Of a stretch of 64,000 nucleotides of DNA, positions 28,087 to 38,001 are shown one piece after another; the stretch's first letter is position 1; each line of letters starts with the position of its first letter. Origin of the DNA: Elusimicrobiota bacterium (GTDB lineage Bacteria; Elusimicrobiota; Elusimicrobia; Elusimicrobiales; UBA9959); contig JAAYVG010000023.1 of NCBI GenBank assembly GCA_012517285.1, positions 16,925 through 80,924 on the forward strand, read 5' to 3'. Made by a program: the position numbers and the translations under genes. The notes beneath the pieces were generated by a model. It saw nothing but the letters and a program-made list of their open reading frames with translations, was not told the origin of the DNA and did not search any database.

Positions 28087-28862
28087 TGTTTTATATCTTT
28101 AAGCCAGTCTCTAAGCATTTTCATATCATTCCATACATCCCTTTTTAATGAAGGATTTCTGAGAAGTGCCGCAGGATGATATGTAGGAAAAACTTTTATA
28201 TCAAAATCAAACACAAAGCTTAAAGGAAGATTATAAAATTTTCCTCTAAGCACTGAAACTCCCTTTGTTTCATTGAGCATAAATCTTGTTGCAGTGTTGC
28301 CGAGCGTAACCAGACATTTTGGCTTTATTATCCTTATCTGTTCTTCAAGATATGATCTGCAGGCCGAAATCTCATCGGTATTTGGAGGCCTGTCATTTCC
28401 TCTGTTATCAGGGTTTGTAGGATTTATCATAGGATGACATTTAACAATATTCGCTATATAAACTTTTGTTCTGTCAAGCTCTATTGAGGCAAGTATCTTA
28501 TCAAGGAGCTGGCCTGCACGTCCAACAAATGGCTCTCCCTTATGATCCTCATCCCATCCAGGTCCTTCGCCAACAAACATTAGATCAGCATGAGGATTAC
28601 CGACACCAAATACAGCATTAATCCTTGAAAGACCTAACTGACATTTCTTACAATTCTTAACAGTGTCTTCAAGCTCTTTTAGTTTCTCAGCATTAGAAAT
28701 ATCTGTTTCTTTATTATTTATATGGTCCTGAACAATATTTTCTTGGGTTGAATTTGTAGAAGCGGATTTTTTTTCATCCTGTGGTAAAAAATAATGAGGG
28801 GGGATATAGACATCCTCATCTATCTCAGCCTTGAGATGTTTTATCAGGTCTTTTTTATTCAT
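28083..28862 (-). CDS. udg: Family 4 uracil-DNA glycosylase
   Basis: CKKC...GEGPGWDEDHKGEPFVGRAGQLL and a C-terminal HP..LLR motif. An N-terminal extension of about 70 aa is present. Confidence 0.85.
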   Translation of the reverse strand: MNKKDLIKHLKAEIDEDVYIPPHYFLPQDEKKSASTNSTQENIVQDHINNKETDISNAEKLKELEDTVKNCKKCQLGLSRINAVFGVGNPHADLMFVGEGPGWDEDHKGEPFVGRAGQLLDKILASIELDRTKVYIANIVKCHPMINPTNPDNRGNDRPPNTDEISACRSYLEEQIRIIKPKCLVTLGNTATRFMLNETKGVSVLRGKFYNLPLSFVFDFDIKVFPTYHPAALLRNPSLKRDVWNDMKMLRDWLKDIKQ

Positions 28863-29181
28863 CTAAATTAGGTTTATTTTTCGCAGCCTCTGCTCTTTCT
28901 CTCTTCCTCTCTGCTATTCTCTCAATTCTTGTCTCTTCATCCTTTAACATTGCCTTTTTTATATCTTCCTCAGAAACTTTATGAGTAAACACATCCAAAA
29001 GTGCTTTGTCTATTATCTCAGAGGCAGTTTTTGTTTTGTATTCTTCTAAATTTTTTAAATGATATGCCCACTTCATAGCAAGGACAAGTTCATCATATTT
29101 TTCCTTGCCGCTGTTTATCATGATCTCATCAATATTTATTTCTTCATTGTTAATCTTTTCTTCTTTTTTTATTTTTGTCAT
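28855..29181 (-). CDS. rpoZ: Small acidic/basic protein, possibly the RNA polymerase omega subunit
   Basis: It sits immediately after gmk, which is the conserved gmk-rpoZ synteny. The segment KYDELVLAMKWAYHLK resembles omega's NRFELV..AAKRARQL. Similarity is weak. Confidence 0.4.
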   Translation of the reverse strand: MTKIKKEEKINNEEINIDEIMINSGKEKYDELVLAMKWAYHLKNLEEYKTKTASEIIDKALLDVFTHKVSEEDIKKAMLKDEETRIERIAERKRERAEAAKNKPNLDE

Positions 29182-29810
29182 TTAACTCCTCCATTTAACA
29201 GTATGCTTTCAAGCTGTTTTTTAAAGTTACTAACAAATTGCATATCCTTTTCACATCTATCTGGGCTATTTCCTATAACAATATTATTTATTCTTTCTGC
29301 TGCTTTATCTATTTTATCATTTATAACAAGATAATCAAATTCTGGTATAAAATTAATTTCTTTTAAAGCGGTTTTAAGCCTGATGTTTATTTCTTTTACA
29401 CTCTCACCCCTTAGTTTTAGTCTTTCTATTAATGTGTTTACATCAGGGGGAAGAATAAAAATTAAAGTTGAGTTGTTAAATACTTTTCTGACTGACATCG
29501 CTCCTGCTACATCTATGGTCATAATTGGAATTTTATTTTCCAAAAGTATGTTCATAACTGATTTTTTGGGGGTACCGTATCTATGATTGTGAACAGTAGC
29601 CCACTCAAGAAGTTCACCATTCTTGATAAGTTCATCAAACTCATTATCAGTTACAAAATAATAATCCCTTCCATCAACCTCATTTTCTCTTTTACTTCTT
29701 GTTGTTGCTGTTATGCTAAATCTAAAGATATCATTATTTTTTAAAAGTTCATTTTTTAGAGCAGTTTTACCACCACCGCTTGGAGATGAAAGGACAACGA
29801 GATTTGACAT
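29178..29810 (-). CDS. gmk: Guanylate kinase
   Basis: P-loop SSPSGGGKT, TTR..R..E..G.DY.F and the GTP/GMP-binding pattern. Confidence 0.88.
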   Translation of the reverse strand: MSNLVVLSSPSGGGKTALKNELLKNNDIFRFSITATTRSKRENEVDGRDYYFVTDNEFDELIKNGELLEWATVHNHRYGTPKKSVMNILLENKIPIMTIDVAGAMSVRKVFNNSTLIFILPPDVNTLIERLKLRGESVKEINIRLKTALKEINFIPEFDYLVINDKIDKAAERINNIVIGNSPDRCEKDMQFVSNFKKQLESILLNGGVK

Positions 29811-29871
29811 TTAAAACCCTTTTGAAACCACCTCCCCTGATTCAATCAGGGGAGGTGATAGTTTGAATCAA

Positions 29872-32652
29872 TTATTTCTTTCTTGATTTCGCCTCAGCAT
29901 GGGCTGATGCAAGAATTGCGATTGGAACTCTGAATGGTGAACATGATACATAGTTCAATCCGACACTGTGGCAAAATTCCACCGAAGCTGGATCTCCACC
30001 CTGTTCTCCACATATTCCAACCTTTAAGTTTTCTCTTGTGCTTCTTCCTCTTGATACGGCCATTTTTATAAGCTCACCAATTCCTTCCTGATCTATTGTC
30101 TGAAATGGATCAGCAGGAAGTATTTTTTTATCCACATATTCTTTTAAGAATACTCCTGAGTCATCCCTTGAAAAACCAAAACCCATCTGTGTCAGGTCAT
30201 TGGTTCCAAAAGAGAAAAACTCCATAGTTTGACTGAGCTTATTTGCTACTATGCAGGCTCTAGGTATTTCTATCATCGTTCCAATTTTGTAGTCAATCTT
30301 CTTGATCCCTGTCTGCTTTATAACCTCATCATAAACCCTTTTGATTATAGGGATTATAAACTCAACTTCTTTTTCATGGGCTACCACTGGAATCATTATC
30401 TCAGGATAAACCTTTACTCCTTCTTTTAAGAGTTCTGCTGATGCCTCAAATATCGCTCTTGACTGAGTTTCAGTTATTTCAGGATAGGTTATTCCCAATC
30501 TTACTCCACGGTGTCCCATCATAGGATTTGATTCTTTTAATGATTCTGCTCTTAATTTAAGCTCATCAAAAGAGATACCCAGTGAGTTTGCAAGCTCTTT
30601 AAGCTTTTCTTCATTGTGAGGAACAAACTCATGAAGTGGTGGATCTATCAATCTTATTGTAACAGGTAGACCCTTCATCACTCTGAGTGTTTCTTTGATA
30701 TCTCTCTTCATATAAGGGAATAGCTCATTAAGAGCCTTCACTCTTTCCTCAACAGTTTTTGATACTATCATTTTTCTAAGTTTAAAAAGAGGCTCATCGC
30801 TTCCCTTTCCATAGAACATATGTTCTATTCTGAAAAGCCCTATTCCTTCTGCTCCAAAGTCTCTTGCCTTTTGGGCATCATCAACTGTATCAGCGTTTGT
30901 TCTCACTCCAAGCTTTCTAACTTTATTGCATATGGCTAAAAAGTCCATTAGCATTTTATTTCCACTTGTGGCATCAAGCATATTAAGCTTTCCCTCATAA
31001 ACAAAACCCTTGGAACCATTCAATGTAAGCCAGTCTCCTTCACTGTATTCCTTTCCAGCAACAATCATCTTTTTCCTTGAAAGATCTATTTCTATGGATG
31101 ATGAACCAACTATGCAGCACTTACCCCAGCCTCTTGCTACGAGTGCTGCATGGGATGTCATTCCACCTCTTGCTGTAAGTATTGCCTCAGCTGCTCTCAT
31201 TCCTTCAATATCCTCAGGATTTGTCTCTTCTCTTACGAGTATAACCTTTTCTCCATTTTTCTTCCAGTTAACAGCATCAGCTGAGGAGAAAACTATTCTG
31301 CCACTAGCGCCACCAGGTCCCGCAGGAAGTCCTTTTGCTATTGGTTTCTTTGTGGTTTCTTCCTTTGGATCTATTATCGGGTGCAAAAGTTCATCTAACT
31401 GTGATGGCTCAACTCTTAGTACTGCCTCATCCATTGTTATCATCTTTTCCTTGTACATATCAAGTGCCATCCTTACAGCTGCAACTCCGTTTCTTTTTCC
31501 TACTCTGCACTGAAGCATATAAAGCCTTCCCTTTTCTATTGTAAACTCTATATCAAGCATATCCCTGTAGTGCTTCTCAAGTTTTTTTCTTATTACTTCC
31601 AGTTGTTTGTAAACATCTGGCATAAGCTCTTTAAGGGTTGGAAGGTTTTTTGACTGTTCATTCTTGCTATCATCGTTTATAGGATTCGGGGTTCTTATTC
31701 CAGCGACAACATCCTCTCCCTGAGCATTTGTCAGAAACTCTCCATAAAACTTGTTCTCACCAGTAGCAGGGTTTCTTGTAAAAGCCACACCTGTTGCACT
31801 GTCGTTCCCCATATTTCCAAAAACCATAGTCTGAACATTTACAGCAGTTCCCCAGTCATGAGGAATATGTTCTATTTCTCTGTACGATACAGCTCTCTTG
31901 CCGTTCCATGATGCAAACACTGCCCCTATTGCTCCCCAGAGCTGTTTCATATGATCATCAGGAAATTCTTTTCCTAAAACATCAACTATTCTTTTTTTGA
32001 ATTGCTCTGAAAGTTCTTTCAAATCATCAGCATCAAGGTCTGTGTCGTTTGAAACTCCCTTTGCCTTTTTTCTATCATCCATTATTCTGTCAAGCTGTTT
32101 TCTTATTCCCATATCATCTTGAGGCTCTATTCCCTCTGCCTTTTCCATAACGACATCGGCATACATCATTATCAGTCTTCTGTATGAGTCCCAAACAAAC
32201 CTTGGATTGTTTGTTAATTTTATAAGTCCTGGAATTGTTTTTGTTGTAAGCCCGACGTTTAAAATTGTCTCCATCATACCAGGCATTGATTTTCTTGCTC
32301 CTGATCTAACAGAAACAAGTAAAGGATTGTCAGTATCTCCAAACTTTTTACCTGTAAGCTGCTCAACCCTTTTTAAACTTTTCTCAACCTCTGTTTTAAG
32401 TTGTGGCGGATATGTTCTTCTGTTAGCCCAATAATAAGTACAAACATCAGTCGTTATTGTAAATCCAGGGGGTACAGGCAATCTTAAATCAGGATGACCA
32501 GCCATCTCTGCTAAATTTGCACCCTTACCGCCCAAAAGATTTTTCATTGACTCCTTTCCTTCGGCCTTTCCTCCTCCAAAAAAATAAACTAACTTCTTTG
32601 GAAGCTTTGTCTCGTTTTTGAGAGCCTTCTTTGATTTTGTCTGGGTCTTCAT
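29872..32652 (-). CDS. ppdK: Pyruvate, phosphate dikinase
   Basis: LLGGKGANLAEM, phospho-His loop GGMTSHAALVARG, and the C-terminal PEP-utilising TIM motif FFSFGTNDLTQ. Confidence 0.95.
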   Translation of the reverse strand: MKTQTKSKKALKNETKLPKKLVYFFGGGKAEGKESMKNLLGGKGANLAEMAGHPDLRLPVPPGFTITTDVCTYYWANRRTYPPQLKTEVEKSLKRVEQLTGKKFGDTDNPLLVSVRSGARKSMPGMMETILNVGLTTKTIPGLIKLTNNPRFVWDSYRRLIMMYADVVMEKAEGIEPQDDMGIRKQLDRIMDDRKKAKGVSNDTDLDADDLKELSEQFKKRIVDVLGKEFPDDHMKQLWGAIGAVFASWNGKRAVSYREIEHIPHDWGTAVNVQTMVFGNMGNDSATGVAFTRNPATGENKFYGEFLTNAQGEDVVAGIRTPNPINDDSKNEQSKNLPTLKELMPDVYKQLEVIRKKLEKHYRDMLDIEFTIEKGRLYMLQCRVGKRNGVAAVRMALDMYKEKMITMDEAVLRVEPSQLDELLHPIIDPKEETTKKPIAKGLPAGPGGASGRIVFSSADAVNWKKNGEKVILVREETNPEDIEGMRAAEAILTARGGMTSHAALVARGWGKCCIVGSSSIEIDLSRKKMIVAGKEYSEGDWLTLNGSKGFVYEGKLNMLDATSGNKMLMDFLAICNKVRKLGVRTNADTVDDAQKARDFGAEGIGLFRIEHMFYGKGSDEPLFKLRKMIVSKTVEERVKALNELFPYMKRDIKETLRVMKGLPVTIRLIDPPLHEFVPHNEEKLKELANSLGISFDELKLRAESLKESNPMMGHRGVRLGITYPEITETQSRAIFEASAELLKEGVKVYPEIMIPVVAHEKEVEFIIPIIKRVYDEVIKQTGIKKIDYKIGTMIEIPRACIVANKLSQTMEFFSFGTNDLTQMGFGFSRDDSGVFLKEYVDKKILPADPFQTIDQEGIGELIKMAVSRGRSTRENLKVGICGEQGGDPASVEFCHSVGLNYVSCSPFRVPIAILASAHAEAKSRKK

Positions 32653-32779
32653 TTTATTTCCTCCGTGCCTTCCCTCTTCTTATTTGATATTTTTAACCAA
32701 CACCTCGCAATTAAGGGATGGCTAAAACCTTGTTATAAATTATATTATATCAAATTTATTAAGCCTTCGCAGAAATAAG

Positions 32780-33045
32780 ACCCGAAGTAACCAGACAACC
32801 AGATAACCAAACAACCAATTAGTCCGTCTTCATCTGATGTTTTATCCGTTTTCATCAGTGTATTTAATCCGTTTACATCCTGATGATTACATCTTGACTT
32901 AATCCGTATTCATCTTGATGTTTAGATAACCAGACAACCAAATAACTAAATAACTAATTTGCTTTTCTGTCTTCTGCCCTCTGTTTTCTGACTTCTGTTT
33001 CTATTAAACAACCAGACAACCAAATAACTAAATAACTAGTTTATG
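32780..33045. repeat. Mosaic intergenic repeat block: three AACCAGACAACCA[A/G]ATAAC words, 4-5 degenerate ~22-bp tandem units TTAATCCGTNTNCATCNTGATG (32821-32923), and CTGTCTTCTG words
   Basis: Read directly. Confidence 0.85.
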
Positions 33046-33180
33046 TTAGGACCTAATTCCTAATCTGAATTAGGCTATTTAATCTTGAAAAAGGTCTTGT
33101 TTTTAATTAAAGTATTAGGGACTAAACTATTTTATGAGAAGATGATAAATGGGTGAAATGGAAAAGATTAGGGAGGTAAT

Positions 33181-33804
33181 ATGAAAAAAAGCATATTAAT
33201 ACTGTTTATAATACCAATGGTAATGTCTCTATCCTTATATGCTCAGTTTGAGGATATAAGTTTAAATGACATTAAGTCATATGAATTGGTTAATCCAGTT
33301 CCTAAAATGGTTTTGGATCAAAAGTATTCAAATAAATCTTATTCAAATATATATGCAAATTTATATATTGATGATAAGGTTAAGGAGATTACTGCATATG
33401 ATTATTCTATTAGGCTGGATATTAAATTAAGGAAGGAGAGTAATGAAACTTTCAGTGGTAGTATAAATGTGGATAATAAATTTTCATGGATTACTATACA
33501 TAAATTTTCGCAATCGTTTGAGCTGTCTAATATAGATGGCTCTTTAAGGGCTAGTAAATGGGGGGATAATTACTCGATATCTGGTAATATAAGGAATAAT
33601 ACAGGAGGTTATAAATATATTAATCTTAATCTGTATAAAAGATTTTCTGATGAGTTTTCATTTATGATAAACTCTGGTGGTATAAATTTGTATTTTGATA
33701 AATATGTATTAAACGGCAATTTTGATGATTCAGTTTATTCTAAAAAGACAATTGCATATTTAATGTCAGTTGTGTTTGCTATTGAATTAGATACATTAAA
33801 GTAA
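33181..33804 (+). CDS. Hypothetical secreted protein (207 aa)
   Basis: Signal peptide MKKSILILFIIPMVMSLSLYA. SD GGGAGG. No motif recognised. Confidence 0.55.
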   Translation: MKKSILILFIIPMVMSLSLYAQFEDISLNDIKSYELVNPVPKMVLDQKYSNKSYSNIYANLYIDDKVKEITAYDYSIRLDIKLRKESNETFSGSINVDNKFSWITIHKFSQSFELSNIDGSLRASKWGDNYSISGNIRNNTGGYKYINLNLYKRFSDEFSFMINSGGINLYFDKYVLNGNFDDSVYSKKTIAYLMSVVFAIELDTLK

Positions 33805-33908
33805 TATTAATCGGCATCTGTGTCGTAAAAATTGGATGTCTTAGATATGGTTTTATATCAACAACCTATGCTATTGTTTTTGTTTGCTTTAGCCTAATTC
33901 AATTATTC

Positions 33909-35981
33909 TCATTTATTCTGTTCATTTACCTTTAAAACAAATGCATAGTTGAATGCGATGTCTTTTAAATAATTGTATCTTCCACTCTTTCCTGAATGAC
34001 CGCTTGACATGTCAGTTTTAAGAAGTATTGCAGAGTTGCATGTATTGTTATCCCTGAGTTTGGCAGTCCATTTTGCAGGTTCCCAATACTGAACCTGAGA
34101 ATCATAATATCCAGATGTGATGAGCATATTTGGATAACATTTTTTTTCTACGTTATCATATGGAGAATAAGATTTTATATAATCATAATATTCCTTTATA
34201 TTCGGGTTACCCCACTCATCATACTCTCCTGTCGTCAGCGGAATTGTTTCATCAAGCATCGTTGTAAGGACATCTACAAATGGGACCTCTGCTATGATCC
34301 CTTTGTAAAGCTCAGGTGCCATATTGGATATAGCACCCATCAAAAGTCCACCTGCTGAACCGCCCTCAGCATACACTCCCTTCTTTCCATAACCCATATC
34401 AATAAGCCCCTTTGTTATGTCAATAAAATCATAGAATGTGTTTTTCTTTTTAAGCTGTCTTCCATCCTCATACCATTTTCTACCAAGCTCGCTTCCACCC
34501 CTTATATGAGCAATGGCATAAGCAAACCCTCTATCAACAAGCGAAAATATGGTTGAATTAAAATCAGGTTCTATTGAGTAACCGTAAGAACCATAGCCAT
34601 ATATATAGAGTTTATCAGGCCTTATACCTTTTTTATAAACTATGCTCACAGGAACATTTATGCCATCTCTTACAGGTATCCATAATCTTTGTGTCTCATA
34701 ATCAGATTGATTATAGTTAGGAACCTCTTTCTTTTTTAAAAGCAGAGATTTTTTATCTGAAAAATTATAGTCATAAACAGATGGTGGATTTATCATAGAT
34801 TCATAGTTATATCTGAAAAGATCTGTATTATATTCCAGATTTTCACCGGGATAGGCACTGTAAACACTATCAGGAAATTTTATATAATCAAATGAATTAT
34901 CTGCTCTGTTGATTATCCTAAAATTTATCAGTCCGTTCTGCCTCTCAATAACAACCATTCTATTTTTAAAGACATCAAAATCTTCAATAAGAACATCATC
35001 CCTAGTTTCTAAAAAATCTTTCCACAGCGATTTATCGGAATAATTTTCATTTTTTATTATATAAGACAGCTTAAAATTTTTAGCATTATCATTGTTCCTT
35101 ATATAGAACCTATCATCAGCATCATCAATATGATATTCTAATCCTTTTTCCCTTGCCCTAAAAATCTTGAAATCATCAGCTGAATCTGCAGATGCATATC
35201 TTATCTCTGTTGTCAGTGTTGATTCTACATTAATAAAAATATATTTTTCTGAGTTTGACTTATCAATAGAAACAGAAAAAGTTTCATCATCTTCGTAATA
35301 AACCTTTTTATGCTCTCCTGTCAGGATATTAAACCTCCAGACTTCCTGCCATCTGAGTGTTTCGCTATCTTGCTTTACATAATAAACTGTTTTGGAGTCA
35401 TTTGCCCAAACAAAGTTTGGAGTAACATTTTTTATCTTGTATGATAAAATCTTACCTGTTCTTAAGTCCTTAAAATAGATTGTATAAAATCTTCTTCCAT
35501 TGAAATCAACAGCATAGGCAAGGGTGTTTTCATCAGGACTTACAAGAACTGATGTGAGATGGGAGTAACTATGACCTTTAGCCACATCGTTTGCATTGAC
35601 AAGAATTTCATCCTTGTTCCCATCTATTTTTCTTCTGTAATAAAGAGGATAATCCTTTCCTTTGATATATTTTGTGAAGTAAAAATAATTTTTGTATTTA
35701 GCTGGAAATGTTTCATCATCCTCCTTTATCCTACTTTTAAGTTCGTTGTATATCTTTTTTTTAATTTCTTTGGTATCGCTCATAAAATAATCTGCATATC
35801 TGTTTTCAGAATTCAGATAGCTTAGAACATCTTTGTCATCTCTCTTTCTAAGCCAGAAATAGTTGTCAATTCTTACATCATTAAATTTTTCTAACTTGTA
35901 TGGTATTTTTTTTGCAAGAGGTGGCATTATAATCTCTCCTCTAAGATTTAAAGATAACAGAGAAATAATTAAATAAAACAT
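33909..35981 (-). CDS. ptrB: Oligopeptidase B / prolyl oligopeptidase family S9A serine peptidase
   Basis: Beta-propeller N-terminal domain and catalytic GGSAGGLLMG nucleophile elbow. An alternative start (MPPLAKK, 35927) also has an SD. Confidence 0.88.
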   Translation of the reverse strand: MFYLIISLLSLNLRGEIIMPPLAKKIPYKLEKFNDVRIDNYFWLRKRDDKDVLSYLNSENRYADYFMSDTKEIKKKIYNELKSRIKEDDETFPAKYKNYFYFTKYIKGKDYPLYYRRKIDGNKDEILVNANDVAKGHSYSHLTSVLVSPDENTLAYAVDFNGRRFYTIYFKDLRTGKILSYKIKNVTPNFVWANDSKTVYYVKQDSETLRWQEVWRFNILTGEHKKVYYEDDETFSVSIDKSNSEKYIFINVESTLTTEIRYASADSADDFKIFRAREKGLEYHIDDADDRFYIRNNDNAKNFKLSYIIKNENYSDKSLWKDFLETRDDVLIEDFDVFKNRMVVIERQNGLINFRIINRADNSFDYIKFPDSVYSAYPGENLEYNTDLFRYNYESMINPPSVYDYNFSDKKSLLLKKKEVPNYNQSDYETQRLWIPVRDGINVPVSIVYKKGIRPDKLYIYGYGSYGYSIEPDFNSTIFSLVDRGFAYAIAHIRGGSELGRKWYEDGRQLKKKNTFYDFIDITKGLIDMGYGKKGVYAEGGSAGGLLMGAISNMAPELYKGIIAEVPFVDVLTTMLDETIPLTTGEYDEWGNPNIKEYYDYIKSYSPYDNVEKKCYPNMLITSGYYDSQVQYWEPAKWTAKLRDNNTCNSAILLKTDMSSGHSGKSGRYNYLKDIAFNYAFVLKVNEQNK

Positions 35982-36062
35982 TTTTTCCTCCGAAATAATT
36001 CATTCTATTATTCTACAAATTTTATAAAAATAATTTTTTTTGTAATATATATACTATAAACT

Positions 36063-36086
36063 AAAATACTTTTTTAAAAGTATTTT
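36063..36086. promoter_or_regulatory. Perfect 11-2-11 palindrome AAAATACTTTT-TT-AAAAGTATTTT in the divergent ptrB/OPT intergenic region; candidate operator
   Basis: Read directly. It lies about 40 bp upstream of the OPT start. Confidence 0.4.
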
Positions 36087-36123
36087 GTATAGTAATTTTT
36101 AAATAAAATTGGAGGAGAATAAT

Positions 36124-37998
36124 ATGAAGGATTTAAACTGGAGGCTTATTTTGCTTGGGGGAATCCTCTGCGTTATAGCTGCTGCTGCAACCCCTTATGT
36201 CACGCTGAAATTGGGACAGAGCATGGATCTTACTATGGGTGGAATGTTCCTTGCAGCCTATGTGCTCGGAAGAAGGATACAGGGACAGCACTTAGCTATA
36301 GAACTCAACATAATACAGAGTATGATAGGTGTTGTATCAAGCATTGCTTTTATGGTGGTAATTCTTGCTGCTTTTTTTTATATACAGAATGTCTTTGGCA
36401 GGAATATAGGATTTGATTTGAAACCATGGCAGATGTTTCTGTGGTTGCTTGTATCTGCAAATCTTGGTGTGTTTATGGGAATATTTCCGAGAAGTTCAAT
36501 ACTAAAGGATCACTCTATACCGTGGCCTACCAGCAAGGCAACTCTTAGCGTTGCTCAGACTCTTACTGATCCGAAGGCAACTGCTACAACAAAAATTAAG
36601 AGGAATCTGCTCTTAGTAAGTACAGGGGTCTCTGGTTTTTTAACTTTTTTAAGAGATGGGCTCGGAGTAATAACTTCTGTAGTTGCTAATCCTGCCCTTA
36701 ACATTGCACTCGGTCCTGAGTTCGCCGCACTTGGAATTGGAATGCTTGTTCCACTATCGGTTGGGCTCTCTGGACTTTTAGGAACGTGGATAGTAAGTGC
36801 TTTTGGTGAAACAGTAGCAAAATATGCCGCTCTTTCAGGAGTTGCTCAGGAGAATTTTTCAAACTGTCTCAATACTATAAATTCTATTGGAACTATGAGC
36901 TCTGCTCAACATGCACAGGCAATGAATTTTTTAACAAGCACATGTGGAAATGCAGCTGAGTTTGTTAATTCTACATCCCACTTCAAATATGTTGTACAGT
37001 GGATGATGTGGCCTGCGACTGCTATGATGATAGCTGCTGCGTTGACAAGTGTTCTTATACCAATAATCTTACACATGATGCACAAAGAAAAAAAGTTTGA
37101 GAAACACGAGTTTAAATCATTAGCCGATGAGCATATCCCGCTCTGGTGGACTGTTACCGGGATAGCTGTAAGTGTTGCTCTTATAGTATGGATGACAAAT
37201 GTATGGTTTGATATGCCTATGATAGAGGTTATACTTGCTGTTGCAATACAGCCAATTCTTATTGTGGCAGGTTTAAGGGTGCTTGGAATAACAGGTTCAG
37301 GTCCAGTTTCTCTTATGGCAAATGCAACACAGTTTATCTTTGGACTTCTCTGGCCTGCACAGATAAGATCCAATCTTACTGCAGCCTATATTAGTGCAAA
37401 TCCTCAGGCAACATCTGAAAATGTTGTTCCATCGTTCTGGGTTGCACAGAGACTCGGTGGAAAGTTTAAAACACTTATATTAGCCCAACTGATAGTTATT
37501 CCAATAGGGGCAGTGCTTACTCCTCTTGTGTTTAATATGCTTGAACATACATACGGAATAGGACTTAACCCAGGTCAGTTAGCTGCTCCAACAGGTTTAA
37601 AAATAGCAACACTTGCGATAGTGATGGAAAAAGGGCTTTCATATCTGCCACATGGAGCAGTTCAGGCTTCCATAATAGCAATATTTATAGGAATATTTTT
37701 TGAAATATTGCTTTCCTTTAAAAAGACAAATGCTCAAGGGCATGAGGTGAGCAGATTCTGGTGGGTTCCAATACCTGCTGCTTTAGGATTTGCTCTCATA
37801 CTTCCAGCATCACTTAATATTGCGATGGCAATAGGTAGTGTTATAACAGCAGTCTGGGGAAAGTTTTCTACTGAGGAACACGGCTCTTTCAAGCTTTATG
37901 CAACACCGCTTGCATCAGGACTTGTTGCTGGAGAGGCAATAGTAGGTTCTATAATACTTCCATTTTTAGCAATGATAATGGATATAGTATTGAAATAA
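36124..37998 (+). CDS. OPT-family oligopeptide transporter
   Basis: About 16 TM segments and the N-terminal pattern TPYVTLKLGQSMDL typical of bacterial OPT proteins. The ATG at 36124 follows SD GGAGGA. Confidence 0.75.
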   Translation: MKDLNWRLILLGGILCVIAAAATPYVTLKLGQSMDLTMGGMFLAAYVLGRRIQGQHLAIELNIIQSMIGVVSSIAFMVVILAAFFYIQNVFGRNIGFDLKPWQMFLWLLVSANLGVFMGIFPRSSILKDHSIPWPTSKATLSVAQTLTDPKATATTKIKRNLLLVSTGVSGFLTFLRDGLGVITSVVANPALNIALGPEFAALGIGMLVPLSVGLSGLLGTWIVSAFGETVAKYAALSGVAQENFSNCLNTINSIGTMSSAQHAQAMNFLTSTCGNAAEFVNSTSHFKYVVQWMMWPATAMMIAAALTSVLIPIILHMMHKEKKFEKHEFKSLADEHIPLWWTVTGIAVSVALIVWMTNVWFDMPMIEVILAVAIQPILIVAGLRVLGITGSGPVSLMANATQFIFGLLWPAQIRSNLTAAYISANPQATSENVVPSFWVAQRLGGKFKTLILAQLIVIPIGAVLTPLVFNMLEHTYGIGLNPGQLAAPTGLKIATLAIVMEKGLSYLPHGAVQASIIAIFIGIFFEILLSFKKTNAQGHEVSRFWWVPIPAALGFALILPASLNIAMAIGSVITAVWGKFSTEEHGSFKLYATPLASGLVAGEAIVGSIILPFLAMIMDIVLK

Positions 37999-38001
37999 TC
38001 T

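Noticed and set aside
31010-31513. 167-aa plus-strand ORF inside ppdK, and similar long antisense ORFs (36906-37373, 46186-46560, 10318-10614, 11167-11508, 22709-23083, 57111-57488, 43213-43584)
   Set aside because: All lie opposite strongly supported conserved genes, lack SD sequences and have low-complexity Ser/Leu/Phe-rich translations typical of shadow ORFs.
32780-33045. Possible CRISPR array, given repeated AACCAGACAACCA..ATAAC motifs with intervening sequence
   Set aside because: The repeats are of unequal length and sequence, spacing is irregular (about 145 and about 75 bp), and the 'spacers' are themselves other dispersed repeat words. No cas genes are nearby.
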